From positions 2,784,001 through 2,848,000 of the forward strand of contig OZ244799.1 in NCBI GenBank assembly GCA_965219955.1: 64,000 nucleotides of DNA, read 5' to 3'. Position 1 is the stretch's first letter. Every line of letters begins with the position of its first letter. The DNA comes from a bacterium (lineage in GTDB: Bacteria; UBA8248). A program made the position numbers and the translations under genes. Positions 9,601 through 18,623 of this stretch are shown here, piece by piece. A model generated the notes under the pieces. It had not been told where the DNA came from and did not search any database. It worked only from the letters and a program-made list of their open reading frames with translations.

Positions 9601-10067
9601 TTTTGCCTCATCCAGAGAGCGATACATTCGATGTCCAAAACCTACGTCCGAACCCCGAGACGGAGATGAAGGCAATGCAGGTGGTCATCGATCACGAGAT
9701 CGCTCTGGGGCGACAAGTCGACGACGTTCACGAGAAGAACCTCGGCTACGACGTGACGAGCCTTGATCTGCAGTCAGGCGAGCTACGCTTGATCGAAGTG
9801 AAAGGCCTCGCTGCCGCTACGGGCACCATCCTGCTTACCCCGAACGAGCGACGGGTCGCCGAAGACCGTCCTGATTGCTTCTGGCTCTACGTAGTGACCA
9901 GTTGCGCGAACACTCCCGAACTCCAGGAGCCGATCAAAAACCCAGCTCGATTCCCGTGGCATGAGTTCACCAAGGTCGCCCACTACTATTTGAGCGTTGA
10001 TGCCCTAAAGCAGCCGATAGAGGCGAGAGAAGGCACCGAACATTATCGTACCAAGGACGACTCATGA
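6603..10067 (+). CDS. SNF2-family helicase with C-terminal DUF3883 (NOV-like) nuclease-fold domain
   Basis: LLADDAGAGKT, DEAH, LTATPH, TEAAGEGINLQ, LEQRMGRIHRYGQ; C-terminal GYDVTS...RLIEVKG...LTPNE. Confidence 0.92.
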   Translation: MAKIEEHPLRVKIAIQEGQILTGPLFSEPMRVETVRSNGTNVWVVGLVGQRSEQFRRVTLTSDDVSNLTIADAALSYDGDGRLLRIGLQAYSLGIAYEFDPYFGLSISRVDPLPHQLEAVYDHLLKLPSVRFLLADDAGAGKTIMAGLLVRELKLRGLIERVLVVCPANLSFQWQRELKEKFDEKFLVLKGSDIRDQFGVNQWMEQKQIITSLDLAKRTDILPGLRQAHWDLVIVDEAHRMSARDESHKSQRYKLGELLRDSTDHVLLLTATPHKGDPQNFTLFLQLLDRDAYADVKSIQEAMNRRRAPFYLRRTKEAMIFFPERQADGAWTAKPVFTKRIPRTADFAIDGPEFDLYQKITRFVKRQSARAAAEGDDPRARAVGFLMSLYQRRLASSTYAMRRSLENRARRLEEGLMRAHELLRTAPPNLPDLEELEELEDAERERLERILEAITLAGNAEQVREEVAEILELAEEAKAVEGTGNEAKLRHLREIMQDEGFFDRPDQRLLLFTEFKDTLDHLMEQLKAWGFSVGCIHGSMKTGSRDEPGSRLYAEQQFREGAIQVLVATEAAGEGINLQCCHILFNYDIPWNPNRLEQRMGRIHRYGQRHDCLIFNFVATNTIEGRVLQRLLDKLQEIRDALDDDAVFNVIGEVLPSAHVEHVLRDYYAGRLGDADLEERLLKDVDENHFRAICQTALEGLAAKKLNLDMLIERRARAQERRVVPESIARFIKECAQDAALTLKPVRNLAHTFEPGRTPSSLKKYECETNWKLSELSIRYPRLSTDRDTAEENNLEWVTPGHPLFEALRRHGFDLGQDAFAKGACFHSLAHEAPARLDFYRARVVDGLGHVIHERLFTVELTNDGSPRLREPDVLGDLNPGAATDNLPLVATLPEATAWLNENALVPFIDEVRAERLAEVERISKHVELSLTEVLQRIDEEIGRAAEEVDMEVTGAEGRLAQAEARHAEVLGRREHRREELKRQRAVTLQGVERLASVLILPHPESDTFDVQNLRPNPETEMKAMQVVIDHEIALGRQVDDVHEKNLGYDVTSLDLQSGELRLIEVKGLAAATGTILLTPNERRVAEDRPDCFWLYVVTSCANTPELQEPIKNPARFPWHEFTKVAHYYLSVDALKQPIEAREGTEHYRTKDDS

Positions 10068-11257
10068 GAAAACCGACTGTCAAATCGGGTGAGCTTGATC
10101 CCCAGTACGAGTCCATCCTTGGCGATGTGTCCAGGATTGTCGACGCTGCCAGACAGTCGACCGCACGTTCAGTCAATGCGCTCATGACGGCTGCTTATTG
10201 GTTGATCGGGCAGCAGATCGTGGAGTTCGAGCAGGATGGGAAGAAGCGAGCTGGCTATGGGGAAGAGACAATCGAGCGGCTTGCCGCCGACCTTTCCGCT
10301 CGTTACGGCCGAGGATTCTCGATTCGAAACGTGTGGCAAATGAAGGCCTTCTACCTTGCATGGCCAACTCCGCAGACACCGTCTGCAGAATCAGAAGGCG
10401 GAGGAATTCTGCAGACAGCGTCTGCAGAATCTTCGCTATCCAGCATCGCCTCACGCTTTCCACTCCCTTGGTCCGCCTATGTGCGGTTGCTCTCGGTCGA
10501 GAACATGCGTGCCCGTGGTTTTTACGAAACCGAGGCCCTGCGTGGCGGCTGGTCTGTTCGCCAGCTTGATCGGCAGATCAACTCTCAGTTCTACGAGCGC
10601 ACGGCACTCTCAAAGAACAAGACCGCTATGTTGACCAGGGGTCGAAGAACGCGGATCGAAGATGCCGTCCATCCCGAAGAGGAAATCAAGGACCCGTTTG
10701 TCCTTGAATTCTTGGACCTCAAGGACGAGTATTCCGAAAGCGATTTGGAAGAAGCGTTGGTTCGCCGTCTCGAAGCTTTCCTCCTTGAACTGGGTGGCGA
10801 CTTTTGTTTTATGGGTAGGCAAAGGCGCTTGCGTATTGGTAACGAATGGTACCGGGTGGATTTACTTTTTTTTCACCGGCGTCTGAGATGTCTTGTGGTT
10901 ATTGACTTGAAGATCGGGAGATTCACTCATGCAGACGCCGGACAGATGCACCTCTATCTCAACTACGCACGAGAGCATTGGGTCCACGAGGGAGAAAACC
11001 CACCAGTTGGGCTGATTCTCTGTGCTCAGAAAGATGAAGCCGTTGCCCGGTATGCGCTTGAAGGCTTGGCGAACAAGGTATTGGCTGCCGAATACCGGAC
11101 CACCCTGCCGGATGAGGATCTTCTAGCAGCGGAAATCGACCGCACACGGGAGGTCCTGAGCAAACGTGTTTTGCCGCCGGGAAAGGAATCGGTGCAAAGA
11201 CCCAAAAACTCAAAGACAAGACAACGTGGTAACGCCGGGAAAAACAAACACGAATGA
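10064..11257 (+). CDS. yhcG: YhcG/DUF1016 PD-(D/E)XK nuclease-family protein
   Basis: YWLIGQQIVEFEQ...RAGYG, LPWSAY, KDPFVLEFL, LELGGDFCF, DLLFFHRRLRCLVVIDLK, GQMHLYL; ATGA overlap with helicase. Confidence 0.92.
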   Translation: MRKPTVKSGELDPQYESILGDVSRIVDAARQSTARSVNALMTAAYWLIGQQIVEFEQDGKKRAGYGEETIERLAADLSARYGRGFSIRNVWQMKAFYLAWPTPQTPSAESEGGGILQTASAESSLSSIASRFPLPWSAYVRLLSVENMRARGFYETEALRGGWSVRQLDRQINSQFYERTALSKNKTAMLTRGRRTRIEDAVHPEEEIKDPFVLEFLDLKDEYSESDLEEALVRRLEAFLLELGGDFCFMGRQRRLRIGNEWYRVDLLFFHRRLRCLVVIDLKIGRFTHADAGQMHLYLNYAREHWVHEGENPPVGLILCAQKDEAVARYALEGLANKVLAAEYRTTLPDEDLLAAEIDRTREVLSKRVLPPGKESVQRPKNSKTRQRGNAGKNKHE

Positions 11258-11342
11258 CACAAACCAGGAAACATCACCCAGGATGGCGAATCGCGAACAG
11301 CCCAGATTCCTCGGGCCATTCGCCCATGCACATGAGGGCCTC

Positions 11343-14249
11343 ATGATCCCCAAGGAATGCAAGCGGCTCGCTGAGGTGGACTTCCCCATTGCCGAGGTCT
11401 CGAAGCATGCGGCGAGGGAAAGGCGGCGCGGGCATCCCGCCAAGTTGCACCTGTGGTGGGCGCGTAGGCCACTGGCTTCATGTCGGGCGGTGTTGATGGC
11501 GTTGCTGCTGCCGGACCCCTGCGACGAGCACTGCCCGGAGGCGTTCAAGAAGGAGTCACGGCAGATTCTTCTCGGTATGCACGGTCGGCCGCAAGGGTGG
11601 ACATCGATCATCGAGTCGGATGAAGGACTGCGCCGTATCATCCTGAAATTCATCGCCGATTTCGCCAACTGGGACAACGCGGCGAATAAAGAGTATCTGA
11701 AGGTCGGCAGGGGGTTGGTACGCGCCGCCCACCCGGACGAACCACCGGTCATCGTTGATCCATTTTCTGGAGGGGGATCCATACCGCTTGAGGCTCTTCG
11801 GCTTGGAGCTGATTCCTTTAGCAGTGACCTCAACCCAATTCCCGCCTTATTAAACAAAGTCACCGTCGAATACATCCCGCGATACGGACAACGACTGGTC
11901 GAAGCCATAGAGCAATGGTCAAAATCGATCGAAAACGAAGCTAATAAACGATTAGCCAGTTTCTATCCCGCCGACCCGGATGGCGCAACCCCAATCGCCT
12001 ACTTATGGGCACGCACTATCCAATGCGAAGCAACAAAATGTGGGGCAATGATCCCCCTAATGAATCAGACAACCATTTCCAAACGCAGGAGAATAGGAGC
12101 GCGATTATCAGTACATTCCAATTCCGTTGTGATTAATGTCGAGAATGGGGATCCAGGCAGTTTTGGTATAGGCACAGTTACCAACGGAAGAATTACATGC
12201 CCGGCATGTAACTACACAATGTCAGCAGACCGCTATCGCAGTCGCGCTAAAAGTGGGGCCCTTGGCGAATTGCATTATTGCACTATTCTTAGGTATCCAG
12301 ACGGAACAAGAAAATACAGAAACCCCACACAATATGACTTCAACTCATACCGCGATGCTGAAAAAAGGGCAGAAGACTTATCTAATTTACCATCATACGT
12401 GGGAATTCCAAACGAGAGACTAAGCACTACAGAGCCAAGGCGCCTCAATATAATCCAGTACGGATTTGATACATGGGGATCTCTGTTCAACGGCAGACAA
12501 CGTCTTTTTTTACTGACTATGACAGAGATTATGTCAGAATTGCTAGAAAGCATTGGCAGCAAGTATCCTGATAAAAACTTCACGGACGCAATACAAACTA
12601 TACTTGCGATATCTGTGAGTAACACTATCCAGTACAATTGCAATATGTCGACATGGCTTTCGGATGGAATGGTTTCGCTCTTTATCCAGAGTTCATCGAT
12701 ACCGATGCGGGCAGATTATGCTGAAGCTAACCCAATGATGAGAGAGCTTGTTGGAGGGCTTAGATATCAATTCGACCAGACGATTGATGTTCTTCGTGAA
12801 ATATCTAGAGCTATTCAAAAGACGGGCACCACCGCATTGCGATCTGCCACTGAGCAGTTATTGCCGGAACAGTCTGCAGATATTTTGGCGACGGATCCAC
12901 CGTATTATTTTGCAATACCTTACGCGGAGCTGTCAGATTTTTTCTACGTTTGGATCAAACGCTTACTTCGAAATGTACACAGCCAAATACTTTCAAGTGA
13001 AATTACACCAAAGGCAGACGAGGCAATTCAAAACCTCCCACACTCCAAGACTACCGGGCAGAAGGACAGAGCGCATTTTGAGAAAAAAATTCACGAGAGT
13101 CTTGTTGTTGGGCGGTCAGAAATACGACATTCCGGACTTTCTCTAATCATTTTTGCTCATGCAGAGACAGAAGGCTGGGAGTCTCTTATTAGGTCACTGC
13201 TAGGGGCTGGCTGGATCGTTACGGCGTCATGGCCTATCGACACCGAACGCAAAGGCCGGATGTTAGCTTCGAGGCAACGCTCACTCGCCTCGTCCATACA
13301 CTTGATCTGTCGCCCTCGCGCGGATGATGCAGAAGTGGGTGATTGGTTTGATATCTTGCGCGAACTTCCGGAACGAGTCTCAGCCTGGATGGAGCGGCTT
13401 CAGGGCGAGGGCATCCGCGGCGCGGATCTGGTGTTCGCTTGTGTCGGTCCTGCACTCGAAATCTTCAGCCGCTACCGCGCGGTGGAGACGGCTGAGGGCC
13501 ATACAGTCGACCTGCGTGATTACCTGGAAAAGGTCTGGGAGGTCGTTGGCCGTGCCGCGCTTGAGCAGGTGCTAGGCACGGCGGAGGCGCAAGCGCGCAA
13601 TAGCTTTGCTGGCGCGCTGGAAGAGGACGCCCGCCTGACAGCGTTATTCCTCTGGACGCTTCAGAGTACGGAAACCCCCGAAGGGACCGGCAAGGAAAAC
13701 GATGATGACGAAGAAGCCATAGCCAAGGTAGCGGCCAAGGGATTCAAGCTTCCCTTCGACGTGGTGCGTCGTTTCGCCCAACCCATGGGCATTGATCTTG
13801 ATGTCTGGACCGGGCGCATTATCGACCAGGAAAAGGGTGTGGTGCGCTTGCTGCCGGTGGCCGAGCGAGCCATGGAACTCTTCGGTGAAGATGGCGCTGA
13901 TGCTGCCGCCGATTGGATCGAGGCCGACCCGCACGCTGGCCTGCAGCAAAAACTATTCCCCGAATTAGACACAGCTCCGAAACTAAGGAACCGCCGTCGC
14001 GGAAAGAGATCGATCCTTGACAGTGATGCCGAACTTCCGTCAATCGATGCGACCACGTTGGATCGCGTGCATGCAGCAATGCTGCTTCAAGCCAGCGGTC
14101 ACGCCAATGCGCTCCGAACGCTGATCGCCGCTGAGCAGGAGCGTGGGCCCGACTTTCTGCGTCTTGCCAACGCGCTATCAGCCCTGTACTTGCGCGGCAG
14201 CCAAGAAAAGCGGCTCCTTGACGCCATGCTGTTGGCGATACCACGGTGA
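11343..14249 (+). CDS. DUF1156 adenine-specific DNA methyltransferase
   Basis: MIPKECKRLAEVDFP, HLWWARRPLA, motif I DPFSGGGSIPLEA, CxxC zinc ribbon, motif IV TDPPYY; start could be 11283. Confidence 0.9.
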   Translation: MIPKECKRLAEVDFPIAEVSKHAARERRRGHPAKLHLWWARRPLASCRAVLMALLLPDPCDEHCPEAFKKESRQILLGMHGRPQGWTSIIESDEGLRRIILKFIADFANWDNAANKEYLKVGRGLVRAAHPDEPPVIVDPFSGGGSIPLEALRLGADSFSSDLNPIPALLNKVTVEYIPRYGQRLVEAIEQWSKSIENEANKRLASFYPADPDGATPIAYLWARTIQCEATKCGAMIPLMNQTTISKRRRIGARLSVHSNSVVINVENGDPGSFGIGTVTNGRITCPACNYTMSADRYRSRAKSGALGELHYCTILRYPDGTRKYRNPTQYDFNSYRDAEKRAEDLSNLPSYVGIPNERLSTTEPRRLNIIQYGFDTWGSLFNGRQRLFLLTMTEIMSELLESIGSKYPDKNFTDAIQTILAISVSNTIQYNCNMSTWLSDGMVSLFIQSSSIPMRADYAEANPMMRELVGGLRYQFDQTIDVLREISRAIQKTGTTALRSATEQLLPEQSADILATDPPYYFAIPYAELSDFFYVWIKRLLRNVHSQILSSEITPKADEAIQNLPHSKTTGQKDRAHFEKKIHESLVVGRSEIRHSGLSLIIFAHAETEGWESLIRSLLGAGWIVTASWPIDTERKGRMLASRQRSLASSIHLICRPRADDAEVGDWFDILRELPERVSAWMERLQGEGIRGADLVFACVGPALEIFSRYRAVETAEGHTVDLRDYLEKVWEVVGRAALEQVLGTAEAQARNSFAGALEEDARLTALFLWTLQSTETPEGTGKENDDDEEAIAKVAAKGFKLPFDVVRRFAQPMGIDLDVWTGRIIDQEKGVVRLLPVAERAMELFGEDGADAAADWIEADPHAGLQQKLFPELDTAPKLRNRRRGKRSILDSDAELPSIDATTLDRVHAAMLLQASGHANALRTLIAAEQERGPDFLRLANALSALYLRGSQEKRLLDAMLLAIPR

Positions 14250-14253
14250 CGCC

Positions 14254-15219
14254 ATGACCAACGCCGGGAACGAGCATTCAATATGGCAGGTTTCAGGAGG
14301 ACCCTCCGACCGGTCTTACGCGGATCAGTGCTTGAACTACGGCGTAGCACTCATCGGTCCCGGCGATGCGGGGTCGTGGCGACCTGAGCGCTCCGACGAG
14401 GAGTTTGAAGGCGGTTTTGTCCGACGGTTCGCCGAGGAGCTGCGTACAGGCGACGTACTGCTGCTTCGAACGGGCCTGTCGACGATCTGCGCGGTCGGCT
14501 TGGTCGCATCCGAGTATCAATATCTTCCGCAGTTCGACGACGTGAATGGCTGGGATCTACAACACAGCAGACGCGTGCGCTGGAGCCCGCTTCCCGAACC
14601 GTATGATTTCGGCGGACGAGTTTTTGGCGCCAATCCGCCGCGACTCTCTCGTGTTCAGTCGAGGGACATTATCGAGTACGCGAATCGGTTTGTTCGATCA
14701 CCTCCGACGGATTGGCAAAACCGCACCCTAATGGACTTGCCGGTAGAGGAAAAGGAACTTGAAGCCCCGCCAACCCAATTGCGGGAGATAGTCGCTCAAG
14801 TCCATGACCTTTCGGGCCTCTATTGGGATGTGGACGCCTTCGGGGAGCGACCGATGGAAGACGAGTTGGTCGCTCACAACGTCGTTCCTTTCCTGCGCGC
14901 CCTGGGTTGGCCGGTTGAGAGGATTGCGGTGAAATGGCGCAATATCGATTTGTGTGTGTTCTCCAAGCTGCCGAGAATACCGGAGCACTGCTATTACCTG
15001 ATTGAGGCCAAACGCCTGGGCGCTGGCGTGGAAGGCGCACTCAAACAGGCAATCGGCTATGTGTCGGCCCTCGGCGTTCAATGCGACGTGGTTGTTACGG
15101 ACGGCATACGCTATCGCATGTACGAGGCGAGTACGGATTTTGCACCCGTCGCTTATGCAAATCTCGTGCGCTTGAAGCAGTCGTCCCTGGAATTGTTCAA
15201 GCGTATGCGAAGGCCCTAA
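14254..15219 (+). CDS. Putative restriction endonuclease: N-terminal PUA/EVE-like domain plus HsdR_N-like PD-(D/E)XK domain
   Basis: N-terminal RRFAEELRTGDVLLL...AVGLVASEY...RRVRW; C-terminal EDELVAHNVVPFLRALGW, IDL, IEAKR, QAIGY, VVTDG. Confidence 0.7.
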   Translation: MTNAGNEHSIWQVSGGPSDRSYADQCLNYGVALIGPGDAGSWRPERSDEEFEGGFVRRFAEELRTGDVLLLRTGLSTICAVGLVASEYQYLPQFDDVNGWDLQHSRRVRWSPLPEPYDFGGRVFGANPPRLSRVQSRDIIEYANRFVRSPPTDWQNRTLMDLPVEEKELEAPPTQLREIVAQVHDLSGLYWDVDAFGERPMEDELVAHNVVPFLRALGWPVERIAVKWRNIDLCVFSKLPRIPEHCYYLIEAKRLGAGVEGALKQAIGYVSALGVQCDVVVTDGIRYRMYEASTDFAPVAYANLVRLKQSSLELFKRMRRP

Positions 15220-15231
15220 CCTGAGGTAATC

Positions 15232-17994
15232 GTGGACCCTTGGTATAGAGTTGTGACGCTTCGTAAGGAAGTGCGGGAAGGCCGTTCGTTCAGCCCCGAC
15301 GAGTTCGCCATCGCGCTTGAACAGGTGGTTGCGGAGACTGCTCCGATGGATTACCGCGATCCGACCCAGTTTTTTTCACGCACATGTTTCACCCGCGCGT
15401 TGAAGGAGCATGCCGGAATGGTGCTTCGGCGACTTGCCGGCAAGACCGAGAACACTGCACCTGTCCTTACATTGATCACTCAATTTGGCGGCGGCAAGAC
15501 GCATACCCTCACTGCTCTCTACCACTTAGCCAAGGCCGGTGCAGACGCTTCTAAGTTCCCCGGCGTCGCGGATCTCCTGCTCGAAGGTGGGATTGCAGAG
15601 GCTCCCTCCGCGTGTACCGGCGTATTTGTCGGTAATGCATGGGACCCAACGGAGGGCCGGGAGACGCCCTGGATCGATCTGGCTCGTCAACTGGCGGGCG
15701 ATGAGGGCGTCGCTGCGCTTGGCGCTGCAGCAAGGACCACACCACCGGGAACGGAATCCCTAGCCAAAGTGTTCGCGGCCGCACAAGCACCCATTCTGCT
15801 GCTGTTCGACGAGGTACTCAATTTCGTCAATCGCCACCGAGACATGGCCGAAAGCTTCCACGCTTTCCTTCAGAACCTGACTGTCGCCGTCACAGGCGCT
15901 ACCCGGGCTTCGGCGGTCATAAGCTTGCCGCACAGTCAGGTCGAAATGACCGATTGGGACCAGCAGTGGCAGGATCGTATTACCAAAGTGGTCCGCCGCG
16001 TTGCCCGTGACCTAATTGCCAATGATGAATCCGAGATCAGCGAAGTTGTTCGCCGGCGGCTGTTCGAGGATATCGGCAACGGGCGTATTCGTAAAAAAGT
16101 CGCCAAGACCTTCGCGGACTGGTGTTTCGAGCGTACCGCACGCCTTCCGGCAGAATGGCTTGCGGTCGACACCGCAACCACAGAGACCAAGGCAAGAGAA
16201 TTTCTGAGAGGCCGCTTCGAGGCGTGCTACCCCTTCCATCCTGCGACCCTTTCGGTCTTTCAGCGGAAATGGCGTGCGCTGGCCCAATTTCAGCAGACGC
16301 GTGGGGCACTGGCGATGCTAGCCCAATGGATTTCATGGGCCGCCCGCGAGCAGTTTCAAAAGGCACGCACGGAGCCGCTGATCACGCTGGGATCGGCTCC
16401 TTTGGATGTGCCCGAGTTACGCGCTGTAGTTCTTGGTCAATTGGGAGAGGCTCGGCTTGATGTGGCCATAGAAGCCGACCTTGCCGGATCGATGGCGCAT
16501 GCCAAATCCCTAGATATGGATGCCACGGGAGCGCTCCGCGACATCCACCGCCGCGTGGGCACGACCATCCTGTTTGAGTCCTCCGGCGGACAGGTGGACA
16601 AGGTGGCGCACTTACCCGAATTGCGCTTCGCTCTTGGAGAACCGGAAGTTGACACCACGACCATCGACAACGCCGCGGCAGCCCTGGAAGCAACGGGGTT
16701 TTTCATCCGCAAGGTCGGGACGGACGGGTATCGCATCCACCACCAGGCGACGTTGAAGAAGGTCGTTAGCGACCGGCGCGCTTCGCTGGACGAGGATGGG
16801 GAGATCAAGCCGGCGATCCGCAAGCTCGTCGAAGGCGAGTTCCAATCCGGCACTACGCTTCCGGTTGTTCTATTCCCGGAGGAGAGCGCCGCGGTACAAG
16901 ATTCTCCGCGTCTCGCACTGATCGTCCTCGACCCTGATTTAGAATGGATGGGTGGTGACCAGTTGGTTCAGCGCATTGGTAATTGGACGAAAGAGCGGGG
17001 CAACTCGCCACGGCTCTACCCTGGCTCGTTGGTATGGTGTGCGAGAAAACAGGGACAGGAGCTCCGTCAGAAAGTCGAATTGTGGCTTGCTTGGCAGCGC
17101 GTGGCGCGTGAAGTGACGGAAGGCGTCCTTGGTGCGGAGTTTGACCGCGCCGACCGTGCCGAAGTTCAGTCCAAGGTCAGGGATGCGGAAGAGGCATCAA
17201 AAGACGAAGTTTGGGCTAGCTATCGCTTTGTTGCGCTCTCGGATGCAAAGGAGCAACACGGGCTCAAGATCATCGACCTCGGCGCTGGACACTCCAGCGC
17301 GAATGAAACGCTCTGCGGGCGGATCATTGGTGCGTTGAAATCAGAGGCCTTGCTGAACGAGAACGTGGGTGCTGGTTACATTGACCGTCACTGGCCACCC
17401 GCGTTCAAGGACACCGGCGCTTGGCCGCTCACGAGTTTGCGGCAGAGCTTCCTCGACGGTTCGTTAACGCGGCTGATAGATCCCGACACTATCCTTCGTC
17501 GACAGATAACCGAGTTTGTGTCAAAGGGAGATTTCGGTTTAGCGTCTCGCGCCGAGAAAGATGCCACCTATGGTCGGCTTTGGTATGCCGAGGTGATCCA
17601 CCAGGAAGAGGTAGCGTTTGAATCGAACGTCTTCCTACTGACCAAGGCCAAGGCTGAAGAATTTAAAACGGCGCCTAAATCTCCACCTCCGCCAGAACCA
17701 GGAATCACGCCAGATCCTGAACCCGAACCAGAACCTAAACTGGTCCTTGGTCCAGAGCCGACTCCCGGTGCTTCGAAAACAACGCTTCGCCTTGCCGGTA
17801 TCGTGCCTCCCGAAGTCTGGAACCGTCTTGGAACCAAAGTATTGCCCAAGCTGCGGTCCGGGGACGACCTCAGCGTAGGCATCGAGTTCTCGGTGAGCGT
17901 CGGCTCACAGTTTGCGCAGAACATGGAGATGGAACTGCAGCAGATTCTGGATGATCTCGAACTGGGCGACCGGGTTCGTATCGAGCGGTCGTAG
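15232..17994 (+). CDS. DUF499 AAA+ ATPase
   Basis: GTG start after GAGG; QFGGGKTH Walker A, LLLFDE Walker B, VVRRRLFE, YPFHP, FQQTRG; Pro/Glu linker near C-terminus. Confidence 0.9.
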   Translation: MDPWYRVVTLRKEVREGRSFSPDEFAIALEQVVAETAPMDYRDPTQFFSRTCFTRALKEHAGMVLRRLAGKTENTAPVLTLITQFGGGKTHTLTALYHLAKAGADASKFPGVADLLLEGGIAEAPSACTGVFVGNAWDPTEGRETPWIDLARQLAGDEGVAALGAAARTTPPGTESLAKVFAAAQAPILLLFDEVLNFVNRHRDMAESFHAFLQNLTVAVTGATRASAVISLPHSQVEMTDWDQQWQDRITKVVRRVARDLIANDESEISEVVRRRLFEDIGNGRIRKKVAKTFADWCFERTARLPAEWLAVDTATTETKAREFLRGRFEACYPFHPATLSVFQRKWRALAQFQQTRGALAMLAQWISWAAREQFQKARTEPLITLGSAPLDVPELRAVVLGQLGEARLDVAIEADLAGSMAHAKSLDMDATGALRDIHRRVGTTILFESSGGQVDKVAHLPELRFALGEPEVDTTTIDNAAAALEATGFFIRKVGTDGYRIHHQATLKKVVSDRRASLDEDGEIKPAIRKLVEGEFQSGTTLPVVLFPEESAAVQDSPRLALIVLDPDLEWMGGDQLVQRIGNWTKERGNSPRLYPGSLVWCARKQGQELRQKVELWLAWQRVAREVTEGVLGAEFDRADRAEVQSKVRDAEEASKDEVWASYRFVALSDAKEQHGLKIIDLGAGHSSANETLCGRIIGALKSEALLNENVGAGYIDRHWPPAFKDTGAWPLTSLRQSFLDGSLTRLIDPDTILRRQITEFVSKGDFGLASRAEKDATYGRLWYAEVIHQEEVAFESNVFLLTKAKAEEFKTAPKSPPPPEPGITPDPEPEPEPKLVLGPEPTPGASKTTLRLAGIVPPEVWNRLGTKVLPKLRSGDDLSVGIEFSVSVGSQFAQNMEMELQQILDDLELGDRVRIERS

Positions 17995-18623
17995 TATGAC
18001 GTCAGCGCGATAATCAGCTCGACCATTGGACAGTGATTTTCTGAATGATCGTGAAGCAAACACCAATGGCTAAGCAGATGAGCACTATGGAGAGTTCTCC
18101 TTAGTGCTCCCCTGTACTCTGAGGCGGCTCCGAAGAATCGGACATGTAGTTATGTTGTATTCCCTCGACAGAGGAGGGATACGAGATGAGCGCTAGAGGC
18201 AGAATTTCAAGAGAGTTAATGGTGATGATTGCTCTGAAAGTGTTAGTCGGTTTGCAATGTTGACATCAATCGGCACCGAATATTACCTTAAAAAACTGTA
18301 TATGCTGGAACTCCCTTCGTTCATAATAGACGATGCCCTGCAGGTGTTGAGAAATAACTATTAGTACTAGATACCAGCGATTTCCGCTTGCCTTTAATAG
18401 ACGCCTAGGCCTACGTCGTGATATTGCGATCGAGATGGTGCATCAGAGCAGTAGCAATGCCGATAGGAGTCAAAGTAGGAAACCGAATCACAATATTATT
18501 ATCGTGACAAACGCTAATTGGCCGAAAACGTTGCCATAAGGTGGTCTGGCTGCTACTTTATGTGCCTGCAAAGGAGGAAATCACCGCCCTAACCCGTGGC
18601 GCATTGTGGAGTGGAATCATAGA

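Noticed and set aside
17670-17770. Pro-Glu repeat in DUF499 as a DNA tandem repeat or phase-variable tract
   Set aside because: Codons are diverged; ordinary flexible linker
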